In this document: in pieces, positions 16,143 to 25,297 of the stretch
Position numbering within the stretch: position 1 is the first letter of the stretch
How the letters are laid out: each line of letters opens with the position of its first letter
IMG/VR virus record: IMGVR_UViG_3300025103_000123
Span: 1-27,595 of that record
Source: a virus
Lineage: Duplodnaviria; Caudoviricetes
Direction: 5' to 3' (one strand)
DNA: 27,595 nucleotides
Translations under genes and position numbers: made by a program
Notes under the pieces: model-generated
What the model was told of the DNA's origin: nothing
The model's database searches: none
Seen by the model: only the letters and a program-made list of their open reading frames with translations

Positions 16143-16972
16143 TACGCATTCCTTGTGATTTTCATGTAGCTACCTACCAGTAGTGATGTGTTACTACCAT
16201 TCGCAGTGTTCTGCGCCCATTGGAAATTCAAATTCCCTGCTGTTGAACTGTTGTGAATTGTGGCAAATATAGGTACGACCACTTTGTTATCAGCACCCGT
16301 ACCCTGACCTGCCAAAGCCATTGTTTGAGTCTGGTCGTGCATGGAGTTGTAGGTTGTAATCGCTCCACCACCAGACGGAGCAGCCGCGTTAATTGCTGAC
16401 GATCCTGTCTGCCCCCATTCAATCGTGCAGCCTGATACCGATCCGATGTCCCACTTAAACTTTACGTCTGGTGTTGTACCTGATAGGTAGATCAACACAA
16501 ACTCAGCGACGTATGTAGCGTTTGCTACTAATGCAGTGGTGAAGTCCGCCAATGTGGTTAACGTAGCGGTGTTGTTAATCGTTTGCTCGGCACTAAGTAA
16601 TGCAAGATTAGTACTTGCACCGTCAGCTACTTCAACAATCTGTGTGCCATTCCCATATGCAAGAACATTTTTTGTAGAGTTATACTGTATATATCCTGCG
16701 TCTGTGGCAGATGGAGATGAACTACCAGTTATTACTAATTGTGTAGGAGTTACCGTACCGTTAGAACTAACAACAAGACTGTCAGTACCAGCCGAATTTT
16801 CTACAATCATCTTCCTTGCGCCACCTGCATCAGCTAAACGCATAGTTATGTCAGCTCCTGAAGTAGCTACGATAGTTGGAGCAAAGGTACGAGTTCCTTC
16901 CAACGCTTCCTTATATTGATTAAGGTCAGCAGCTAACGCTGTATCGCCCGCTGTAACATTAGATAAAGCCAT
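16142..16972 (-). CDS. Putative tail fibre or minor tail protein
   Basis: VTAGDTALAADLN-type N-terminus, Thr/Ala/Gly-rich, FQWAQN C-terminal motif, position in the tail module. Confidence 0.6.
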   Translation of the reverse strand: MALSNVTAGDTALAADLNQYKEALEGTRTFAPTIVATSGADITMRLADAGGARKMIVENSAGTDSLVVSSNGTVTPTQLVITGSSSPSATDAGYIQYNSTKNVLAYGNGTQIVEVADGASTNLALLSAEQTINNTATLTTLADFTTALVANATYVAEFVLIYLSGTTPDVKFKWDIGSVSGCTIEWGQTGSSAINAAAPSGGGAITTYNSMHDQTQTMALAGQGTGADNKVVVPIFATIHNSSTAGNLNFQWAQNTANGSNTSLLVGSYMKITRNA

Positions 16973-19056
16973 TAGCTATATATCCTTCCCGTGTTCCACG
17001 CACTTGTATCATAGATCAAAACCTCACCGATGTCAGTTAGCTGGTTGATTTCAGCGAATGACACGGTGTACACTTGCGTGTCTCGTCCATCTTGCGGAAT
17101 GACTCCAGAGGATCTTAAACTCAACATCTTAACTGAATACGTGCGATTAAAAATATCGGTTAAAGTAATCAGCCTGTTCGCTGAGTTAAACAAAAACTCT
17201 TCCGACACTTTTGCACCGTAACGAGATTTACCCCCGCCTTTAAGGGATAAGTCATCTGCAACCACAAAATCCATCTCAAACATCCTCCGCCGATCAGGTG
17301 CAATAGTAGTGTCTAATACAGCCGATTCAACAGATGCTACGTTTGTCCCACCTACAGGACGAGTCATTTTTAAAATGTATCTAATTTTATTAAATCTAAT
17401 TTCATTAGTAATATTAAACGTCGTATCGTTATCTGTAGATGTGCCTATAACTGTGCCCGTAATATCACCACGTTGAACATTTTGTTGAAATGTATCTTGA
17501 TAATCATCTGAATCTATTACATAACTTATAGTTGTAGGCGATGATTCATTAGACCCTCGTGATAATAATCTCGCTCCGTTAAGTAGCTTTGGCGATGATG
17601 CTTGCCCTACATCCATCCACGATCCTACTATGTATTGATTATCACTTGACTGAGCAAACTTATAATCAGGGTCAGTATCAGGTAGCATTCCCGTTTTAGG
17701 CAACACAATACCTCGAAGTGTTCCTGATGTGGGCGGGTTACTACCTGTTGCATCTGTGCCGTACAAAATCCATGAATTTGTAGACCCCAGAATGCTGCTT
17801 CCAGCTACATAAATCCCTTTAATTGCAGGAGTTTCAGTAAAAGTTAAGGTGTGCCAATTAGTTGTATTTGGTTGCCCTTTCATAATGTATGACACGCCTT
17901 GATTATTTACTAATGAAAAATATATCCAATCAGAATCGCCAGTAATTCCCGTAATGCGTCCATCTAACTCTTCAGTTCCAACCTGTGCTGCGCTAGGGGG
18001 CCACACAATAGTCAAAGAGTTATTTATTGCATCAATTTGTAGCAGCCTACGTCCATATTGTACGTAACATTTCCCATCAATCCACACATACGGACGAGAT
18101 CCATTACCTGCATTGACATCCCACACTTCATTATCACTGCGGCTTTCCCATACATTTAACGAATCGCTACCATCTGATCGCCAAATAGAATTTACTTTAA
18201 ATACATATATATAATTACCCACAACCTCTAACCCTGTCACCCAATCGTTAGTAGTTGTTCCCATAGCTATAGCATTAGACCACGCGCCACCAGTATTAGT
18301 TCCGTCAACATTTGTACGAAGCCTACCGTTTCCATCACACGACCACAGCACAGCGGCACTAGAAGTTTCTCCACGTATAACAAAAAACAATACTGCTGAA
18401 TTTGCTAATGTCGATTGGGTCCATGTAACTCCTGCATTAGTAGAGTAATAATAATTAACGGGAGCTTTGTTGCTTGTCTGAGCTACTGTTACAAACAATG
18501 TGTCATTAAAATCAATTATATCGCTGAAGTAATAACCATCCGCCAAAGCCATGTTAGTTTGCTCAATCCATAAATTAGATGCACTGTGGTAATACATTTT
18601 TCTACCACCAATAGCCCATAACCGACCAGACGATGGCGAATACATAAATTTAACTACAGGAGTTTTTGCATCTCCTTGAGTAAAAAAGTCACTTGACCCT
18701 ATTTGATAGTTTTGAAAATGGTATGGCCCTGCATACAAACGTCCTGCGTAGCTCGCATCCACACCCCTTGTAAACGAATATTTAGTAAGCGATCCTGCTT
18801 CTTCATACTCCACTGAGTTAAATCCGCAACCACCTTGCCATTCTTCATACGCTACTGGAATTTCTACTTCAATAGGCACAGAAGCGTAATCATATGAAGC
18901 AGTATTAAATTGTGGCGTAATTTGATCAGCTAAAGATGCTCGATACCCCATTATTCCTTCATGCTCGTGAAGCATAAAGCCAACTTTTTGGTTGTCTACT
19001 TCTAGGTAAACATCATATGGCGTATCTACGCGAGAGCCAGTACTAATAAGAGACAT
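16972..19056 (-). CDS. Putative tail nozzle/hub protein (beta-propeller-like)
   Basis: 694 aa, beta-rich, Asp-box-like YSTNAGVTW; synteny resembles podoviral tail tubular B / P22 gp10. Confidence 0.6.
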   Translation of the reverse strand: MSLISTGSRVDTPYDVYLEVDNQKVGFMLHEHEGIMGYRASLADQITPQFNTASYDYASVPIEVEIPVAYEEWQGGCGFNSVEYEEAGSLTKYSFTRGVDASYAGRLYAGPYHFQNYQIGSSDFFTQGDAKTPVVKFMYSPSSGRLWAIGGRKMYYHSASNLWIEQTNMALADGYYFSDIIDFNDTLFVTVAQTSNKAPVNYYYSTNAGVTWTQSTLANSAVLFFVIRGETSSAAVLWSCDGNGRLRTNVDGTNTGGAWSNAIAMGTTTNDWVTGLEVVGNYIYVFKVNSIWRSDGSDSLNVWESRSDNEVWDVNAGNGSRPYVWIDGKCYVQYGRRLLQIDAINNSLTIVWPPSAAQVGTEELDGRITGITGDSDWIYFSLVNNQGVSYIMKGQPNTTNWHTLTFTETPAIKGIYVAGSSILGSTNSWILYGTDATGSNPPTSGTLRGIVLPKTGMLPDTDPDYKFAQSSDNQYIVGSWMDVGQASSPKLLNGARLLSRGSNESSPTTISYVIDSDDYQDTFQQNVQRGDITGTVIGTSTDNDTTFNITNEIRFNKIRYILKMTRPVGGTNVASVESAVLDTTIAPDRRRMFEMDFVVADDLSLKGGGKSRYGAKVSEEFLFNSANRLITLTDIFNRTYSVKMLSLRSSGVIPQDGRDTQVYTVSFAEINQLTDIGEVLIYDTSAWNTGRIYS

Positions 19057-20423
19057 TACTGGTAAGGGCTACGAATCATAGGAACTTGCGGAATAATATA
19101 TCCCCATGCGTTTGTAGCATCCTTCTTTCTATCTATAATTTGAATTCGTCTAGCAATAGCTTCAAATTCTTCCGTTGTTAACCCTTCACGCTCAAATAAA
19201 ATTTCTGCCGCTGCGCCGTACAAAATTTGCGCACTTCCTTCATCAAGTTCCATAGTATTAGTACATTGAGTACTAGGAACTGTTCCTAGTGTAGATAAAT
19301 ACTGTCTGCCTACCATACGAATTTGCCGCCCCGCAACAGGAACCCATGCTAATTTTACGCGCTGTGTTGTAGCATCACGGCGTAGTAAATGCGCGTCTCT
19401 AAATGGGTACACGTCCTGTATAAGATTGGACTCCCCGTAGTAGAGCCATGCGCGGTTAAAGAATGCGGTCGCACCTGTAGTTCCGCCTGCCACAATTAAG
19501 GTCGCTGTCAACGTGGCGGCGTTCGTCGGAGAGATGTCTTTCTCTACCGTAAGCAGCTCCCAACCTGTCCCACCATGCAACGAAGAGGCAGTGTCACCAT
19601 CATCGTCAGTAAGCTGAATTCTGACCCCAGAGGTGTCCCGAGTATTCACCCACATTCCGAACGTCATGCGCCGTCCTGCGGCTTGTGAGGCTGTTATGGA
19701 CATACTGCCAACTGTTTGTGCCAGAGTACCAGTAGTGGCAGCAGCAGTAGAAAGCTTCATGCAGCTTGTGTCGTACTTTGGAATCAAGCGATCCGTGTTG
19801 GTTTGGCTGACTATCGTGGCTGTGGTGTTGCTCACCGTCCAGCTTGTAGTCGTATTGCCTACTGGATTACTTAAAACATTCCATTCAGGGGTAATTGATT
19901 GAGGATCTTCTACAAAAATATACATCGGGCCTGAACGAATATCAGGGTTCACATCATAGCTATCATTCAGCCCATCGGATGTAGTTGTATCGTCATAAAT
20001 CAACCTGAAAGCGTGTTCAAACACATCATCTCGTAATCGCGCTTCATCAAGACACTCGAACTTGAGCGACGGATCGTACCGATGTATCTGGTAATCCGTA
20101 CCACTAGCCACTGTTTCACTGAACGGTGGGTCAACAAACACAGTCCCTGTAGCAGACACAAACTGAGTAATGCGCCTTACATCGTATTGAAGATTCCCTG
20201 TACCTGTAATTCTGACATAGAAATCAATGATCTGGTCGTCACCAAAGCGAGCTAACGACGTGTCTACGAGCGTATTGAACGTACCTGACCCTGCACTCGT
20301 AGTCGTGTCCGCCCAATAATCGTTGATAAACTTACTGAACCCCACGAGAAGATCACACCCTGACGTTGTGGTGACCCCACTGGCGCTAGTCGGGAATCCT
20401 ATACCTACTGGACCCATTACCAT
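19056..20423 (-). CDS. Putative head-tail adaptor or tail protein with an inserted CBM-like domain
   Basis: 455 aa; central beta-sandwich-like segment (MTFGMWV...GWELLTV); located upstream of the nozzle candidate. Confidence 0.5.
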   Translation of the reverse strand: MVMGPVGIGFPTSASGVTTTSGCDLLVGFSKFINDYWADTTTSAGSGTFNTLVDTSLARFGDDQIIDFYVRITGTGNLQYDVRRITQFVSATGTVFVDPPFSETVASGTDYQIHRYDPSLKFECLDEARLRDDVFEHAFRLIYDDTTTSDGLNDSYDVNPDIRSGPMYIFVEDPQSITPEWNVLSNPVGNTTTSWTVSNTTATIVSQTNTDRLIPKYDTSCMKLSTAAATTGTLAQTVGSMSITASQAAGRRMTFGMWVNTRDTSGVRIQLTDDDGDTASSLHGGTGWELLTVEKDISPTNAATLTATLIVAGGTTGATAFFNRAWLYYGESNLIQDVYPFRDAHLLRRDATTQRVKLAWVPVAGRQIRMVGRQYLSTLGTVPSTQCTNTMELDEGSAQILYGAAAEILFEREGLTTEEFEAIARRIQIIDRKKDATNAWGYIIPQVPMIRSPYQ

Positions 20424-20432
20424 GTCAGGCTC

Positions 20433-20690
20433 CTATCGTCGCTCGTTATTTCTGTATGTATCAGAATTAAAATACGGGCGGTCATGAACCGTACCCAGCA
20501 AGTATTCCTCAGCCGTAGCAGAAATGAGTTCCCAATCATCATTTGTAATATCGGTACGCTCCCATGATTGCGTGGCGCTGTCTAAATCAGTCTCGGTTAC
20601 CGCCAGTTTTGTATCATCAAGGGACACTGTGTCTGAGTCCTTGAAGATCCACCGCAGTTCGCCCGAAACTTTCGATCTAATTAGTTTCAT
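20433..20690 (-). CDS. Hypothetical protein, possibly fibre-associated
   Basis: 85-aa ORF packed tightly after the fibre gene. Confidence 0.6.
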   Translation of the reverse strand: MKLIRSKVSGELRWIFKDSDTVSLDDTKLAVTETDLDSATQSWERTDITNDDWELISATAEEYLLGTVHDRPYFNSDTYRNNERR

Positions 20691-20693
20691 CGG

Positions 20694-23093
20694 CTATGCT
20701 CCTGACGCTGCTTGATTACCTGTACCCGTTATCAGTATTGCGGTCGCTGAAGTGGCGGTTCCGATCTTTCCGTAATTGGGTGATGTAGGTGTGGTCGAAT
20801 AAGCTCCTGCTGCCGTCAAATACACATCACTTCCTCGCGTTAGTCCGCTTACATCGGTATTAGTTCCACTGATAATTGTGATGGTTCCAGCCGAACCACC
20901 CGAAATAGCTGCCTCAGAAATACCAAAGAAATTTGGAGCTGTTGTCTGACCCGTGGGCATCGTGTAGATATTGCCCGTCCCGTCGTAACCGTTGCTGTTA
21001 TTCGCCCAACACACGATCATTTTTCCGCCTGTATATGGACCAACATTTTGCGCCGTACCGTTTGGACCCGTGCCTGTGGTGTAGTTATATATAAGGTCTT
21101 CACCCGCAAGCACGTATTCCATATTTTGCCCGATTCCTAAAGGTACGCCATGCACACTGTCGTCGTTACCCGTATAAGTTACATACAGATTTCCGCTGGT
21201 TTGATCCACCGCAAAATTCACTAATGGTGGGTAGCTGCTTGTTAAGTCTGTTTCACCACTAAATCCAAAAGGTCGAGATGCCGCAAAGTCAGTTCCACTT
21301 GTTAGTCGAAGCGCAATTACCACCGCTTCGTTATCAGTATTGCCACGATATCCAACATGAGTGAATTTGTTTACATCGTCATAATAAATTTGATGCGAGT
21401 GTGCCGTGGTGTTTTGAGGCGCAGTGACGTTGATATTCATTGGCCCTGCTGTAAGAGCGACCGTTGGGGTTGCATCTGTATAACTGTACGCCTCGGCTAT
21501 CAACATTTTACTTTTATGCGATACCCGAACAATTCGGTTGTTTTGGGAATCCCAATCGCAACGCGGATAATACGTGCTACTACGACCACCAGCCGCTGTA
21601 GTATTGCTCGCGGCAGTAGCTGTAATCGTTGAACCAGAAATAGTCAGTTTGTAAAAATCGGTCCGATATGAATTGTTAGAGTCAGTACAACAGGCGATGG
21701 CTCGACCGTCTGACTCACTAAAAATCACATTATTTTCGTGGTCGGACATACTTGAGGACCCTGTGCGGATACTTATAGGCGTTCCGTTATTTGTAACGCT
21801 TGTACCAGAGAACGTACAGGAAGCAACTTTATGGTCGTAGGTGCTCGCCTCTTTAGTGTAAATAACCCAGAGTTGATTCAATGTGGTGTCATACACCGCA
21901 TCTAAATTCTGACAATTCGTATAGGCAGACTCTAAAGCTAATGGTGTGCCCCATGTAATAGCCGAGCCTGATACAGATCCCATCGCTACAGTAGGCACAT
22001 CACCATTACCGATGTCAATATACGCAGTCCACACGTTTCCAGTATCAGGGTCGTATCCGCACGTTACCCAATTCACCCCGCCCGCTTCAAACAATGCACC
22101 CGTTGCAGGGCGCGAACCATCTGCGCGAGTGTCAGCAATCGTTGATACAGTGCCATCACTATTCAACGCAACTGCGACACCAGCACCAGATATAGCACCA
22201 GTCGCTGTCATTTCTTTTGTGCCACCACTCGCAGGAGCAGGAATAGCAGAGAAATTTGGAGCACTCGTCGCACCTTGCGAAGTGAGAACTTCTCCCGATG
22301 CCCCTAGAGGTAACTCTGTGATAGCCCCACTAGTATTGGAATAGAACACTTTGTTGTTGCCAGCGTCCAACATTGTGGCTGCGATCTGAGAGACCGTCGC
22401 GCTCTTGGTTACGTTAGAATCATCGACATCAGCGATGAGGAACTTGTCACCTTCTGCCAGAGTAGTAACTGCTGCTGCAGCGGCATTGACGCTGACATCT
22501 ACGTCGTTTGCGTCCACGTTGATAGCGTTACCAGCACCTACATTAAGAGTGACATCGCCCGATACGCCGCCGCCTGTAAGTCCGCTACCAGCGGTTACGC
22601 CTGTAATGTCACCAGAAGCCGTACTGACTTCCTGTGTGCCTGAGTTATTACGCCAGTAAAGCTTGTTGTCCGTGGTGTTGTACCACATATCACCTGTTTG
22701 CAGTGATGCGGGATCGCCACCTGAGCCGCGAGCCATGTTGAATCTGTCTGTGGCATCGACGGTAGTACCCGTAAGGGGTGCGTCTCCTGCGTCTAATACG
22801 CCGTAATCGGAACCGAGTTGTACGTTCCTCGTAGTAAATGTAAACCCTGTGAGGGTAGGAATAACTGTCACACGCTTTAATGCCACTGCGTCTGCACCAT
22901 TGAGGTATGCCTGTACCCAACCTGATGCGTCACTAATGAGAGGGTTGGCGATAGTTGTCCCGCCTGTAAGCCCTGCGTACATTGTCTGTGTGATATTGGT
23001 GGTAGTGTCTAATTGTGCGACCTGTATGCTCACACCAGATATCGGCACACCAGAACTGTCTAAAACTTGGTAGCGTAATGCTTGGCGAACCAT
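20694..23093 (-). CDS. Tail fibre / receptor-binding virion protein
   Basis: 799 aa, Gly/Thr/Ser-rich; GDMWYNTTDNKLY and GDITGVTAGSGLTGGG fibre motifs; AAGGAG RBS. Confidence 0.75.
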   Translation of the reverse strand: MVRQALRYQVLDSSGVPISGVSIQVAQLDTTTNITQTMYAGLTGGTTIANPLISDASGWVQAYLNGADAVALKRVTVIPTLTGFTFTTRNVQLGSDYGVLDAGDAPLTGTTVDATDRFNMARGSGGDPASLQTGDMWYNTTDNKLYWRNNSGTQEVSTASGDITGVTAGSGLTGGGVSGDVTLNVGAGNAINVDANDVDVSVNAAAAAVTTLAEGDKFLIADVDDSNVTKSATVSQIAATMLDAGNNKVFYSNTSGAITELPLGASGEVLTSQGATSAPNFSAIPAPASGGTKEMTATGAISGAGVAVALNSDGTVSTIADTRADGSRPATGALFEAGGVNWVTCGYDPDTGNVWTAYIDIGNGDVPTVAMGSVSGSAITWGTPLALESAYTNCQNLDAVYDTTLNQLWVIYTKEASTYDHKVASCTFSGTSVTNNGTPISIRTGSSSMSDHENNVIFSESDGRAIACCTDSNNSYRTDFYKLTISGSTITATAASNTTAAGGRSSTYYPRCDWDSQNNRIVRVSHKSKMLIAEAYSYTDATPTVALTAGPMNINVTAPQNTTAHSHQIYYDDVNKFTHVGYRGNTDNEAVVIALRLTSGTDFAASRPFGFSGETDLTSSYPPLVNFAVDQTSGNLYVTYTGNDDSVHGVPLGIGQNMEYVLAGEDLIYNYTTGTGPNGTAQNVGPYTGGKMIVCWANNSNGYDGTGNIYTMPTGQTTAPNFFGISEAAISGGSAGTITIISGTNTDVSGLTRGSDVYLTAAGAYSTTPTSPNYGKIGTATSATAILITGTGNQAASGA

Positions 23094-23111
23094 GTTATCT
23101 CCTTAGCTAAA

Positions 23112-23146
23112 AGAAGGGGAGTCCTCCCCAGTGAGTATCCCCTTCT
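23112..23146 (-). terminator. Probable terminator after the capsid genes
   Basis: Stem AGAAGGGG/CCCCTTCT followed by a short T-run on the - strand. Confidence 0.5.
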
Positions 23147-23160
23147 CATAGTTTAACGTA

Positions 23161-23538
23161 TTAACCCCAGTTAACTGGTAGCAAGAACGCAATCATCTTG
23201 GTATTGTTCCCAGCAGAGATTCCTTTAATAGTGGAATCATTCTGCTCGAAACGACCAGACTCAACCGTTACATACTTCACGTCATTCGCAGCCATAGTGA
23301 TAGACAGGTTGCCCTGACCCTGTACCTGCGCTGGTGGTCTGTCACCAGCCGTGATTGTTACGTTGTTCGCACCACCAGCAGAGTCAATAAACCCTAGAAG
23401 TACAGGTGAACCAACACCCGTCACATCCAAAGAGAATCCATCAGCCCCAGTGGCAATCGCGGTCCAAGCCGCAACTGGCAAATCCGCACTTGCTTCGTTA
23501 AGGGTTAGTTCTGTGAGTGTTACTGCTGTAACTGCCAT
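23161..23538 (-). CDS. Putative capsid decoration / minor capsid protein
   Basis: The real start is MAVTAV at 23538 after AGGAAAGGGG; beta-rich and directly after the major capsid gene. Confidence 0.65.
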   Translation of the reverse strand: MAVTAVTLTELTLNEASADLPVAAWTAIATGADGFSLDVTGVGSPVLLGFIDSAGGANNVTITAGDRPPAQVQGQGNLSITMAANDVKYVTVESGRFEQNDSTIKGISAGNNTKMIAFLLPVNWG

Positions 23539-23554
23539 TTGTCTATCCCCTTTC

Positions 23555-24403
23555 CTATACTGAAATACAGTCGGCGGTAGCCAACACGTATGGTCGCGTA
23601 ATTTTGTATCCGTAGAGGTGCAAGCCTTTAATAGCGTCAGAGAAGGCCGACTCAGGTCGGTATCCTTCAACACTATTAATCTGCTCTGCATAAGTAACAC
23701 CGTCTGCGTGACCAGCGATAACGTAATTTCGTCCTGCACCAGCAGAAGGAAGGTTGTTAGAAACAATAATCCTCATACCAGAAGCAGCACCGATGATTCC
23801 GTTCTCAAGGTCTTCACGGTTTGCTTGTGTACCGTATGACACGAAGTTAGCGTTTTTCTGTAACCAACCGTGATAAAACGGTGGGATTACACACCAACGG
23901 CCAGATCGTGGCACGTTGTTTTCGTCCAACTTCTGTGACAGATCAACAAGGTTCTCATACGCATCGACGTTACCTGTACCAATGGTCATGGCTCCGAGAG
24001 CGTTACCTGTGTCTACCTGTGCTTGCATTGCAGCCAACACCGAAACGTCAGCAGCATCTCCAAGACCCCAAGCTGCGTCACGCATGGCTACGTCCATCAA
24101 CGCACCATCGTCACGTACTTGCCTAGCGTCTACATCATCTACTTCAAATGCAAAGTACTTCGCCTGATCTATCGTGAGCACCTGTTGAGAATCGTCAAGA
24201 GTCTCAGGTGTGATAGCAGTTGTGTTCTTTACATAATCAGCAATAGTTACACGCCCGATTGATGTAATTCGGACGGTATCCCCCATCTGGTCTATGTCAC
24301 CTTCATAGTTTCGGTTACATAGGTTTACCGCAACGTGGGCATCGTTAAGATTTTCCAGTAGCGTTGCAGCCCATAATGAAGGAATAAATCTGTCTACAGA
24401 CAT
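23555..24403 (-). CDS. Major capsid protein (HK97 fold, P22-coat-like)
   Basis: FIPSLWA, NRNYEGDI..GDTVRI, LTIDQAKYFAFEVDDVD and LDENNVPRSGR motifs. Confidence 0.9.
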   Translation of the reverse strand: MSVDRFIPSLWAATLLENLNDAHVAVNLCNRNYEGDIDQMGDTVRITSIGRVTIADYVKNTTAITPETLDDSQQVLTIDQAKYFAFEVDDVDARQVRDDGALMDVAMRDAAWGLGDAADVSVLAAMQAQVDTGNALGAMTIGTGNVDAYENLVDLSQKLDENNVPRSGRWCVIPPFYHGWLQKNANFVSYGTQANREDLENGIIGAASGMRIIVSNNLPSAGAGRNYVIAGHADGVTYAEQINSVEGYRPESAFSDAIKGLHLYGYKITRPYVLATADCISV

Positions 24404-24422
24404 GATTTCTCCTAGCTAATAG

Positions 24423-25235
24423 TTAGCCACCTCGGAGAGCTTTCTGACGAATTTCTTTTGGAATCTTCATTAGCTCTTGCGGTGACATATTTTTCATTTT
24501 ATCTATAGTCAACACTGAACTACTTGTTGTTGCGCGTTCGGGAGAACCTGCGGCAGCTTCTTTACGTTGTGCTAATCGGGAATCAGAACCTTCAGACATA
24601 GTATCTATGTACTCCTTTGCGTTGGTAATAGCTTCTTCTAATGTACGCCCTTGTTGATCCCATATTGGCATCTTAGCGACTTCATCAGCAGATATACCCT
24701 TTGCTTCTGCATACCCATACACACGACTTGAGGCTTCCGACGCTCTGCGTTCGGCATCATTAAGTTGATCGTCAGTGACTTGACCAGCCACAGAGTCAGG
24801 AGATGCACTACTCAGTTCTTCTCTCAATTCATTCTTTGCAGAATTTAACGCGCGGGAATAAGTATCCTCTTGCCGTTGTTCGGCTAAAGCATTTTTCCCT
24901 TCATCTGACATTACATCGGATAATCCAACATCCATCAAACTACGTATACCTGCAATAGATTCTTGAGTATTTTCAAGATCTGATTTAGTGGCAAACTCAT
25001 CAAGCCTGTTTGTGAGGCGGTCTAGAGAACTAGTAGCTCGATTAGTGACGTGTTTACTGTCACTAAAATCTTTCTTTAGTTGGTCTAGCTGCGACTGTAA
25101 CGAGCTTATAAGTGTGGATGGATCTGGATCGGCTTGTACTTCAACGTCATCACTAAGAGCCGCTTGCGCATCGGTATCTTCAGTGACATCAGCTTCTGTA
25201 GTCCACTCGACTTGAGCATCTACTTCTTGCGTCAT
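24423..25235 (-). CDS. Capsid scaffolding protein
   Basis: Acidic coiled-coil protein directly upstream of the capsid gene; C-terminal KNMSPQEL; AAGGAGG RBS. Confidence 0.7.
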   Translation of the reverse strand: MTQEVDAQVEWTTEADVTEDTDAQAALSDDVEVQADPDPSTLISSLQSQLDQLKKDFSDSKHVTNRATSSLDRLTNRLDEFATKSDLENTQESIAGIRSLMDVGLSDVMSDEGKNALAEQRQEDTYSRALNSAKNELREELSSASPDSVAGQVTDDQLNDAERRASEASSRVYGYAEAKGISADEVAKMPIWDQQGRTLEEAITNAKEYIDTMSEGSDSRLAQRKEAAAGSPERATTSSSVLTIDKMKNMSPQELMKIPKEIRQKALRGG

Positions 25236-25297
25236 TGTTCCTCCTTAGAACATCTGTTTGCATAAGTTTATAAGTGGTTAGCTATGCCCGTCAACTA

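Noticed and set aside
22932-22941. Match ACTAATGAGA to the concatenated triplets of unit 10
   Set aside because: Only 10 nt match before divergence, which is compatible with chance given the many units and gap models considered.
23539-23766. N-terminal extension of the decoration gene, or a capsid frameshift fusion
   Set aside because: The extension overlaps the capsid gene, the downstream gene has its own strong RBS at 23538, and I saw no clear slippery site.
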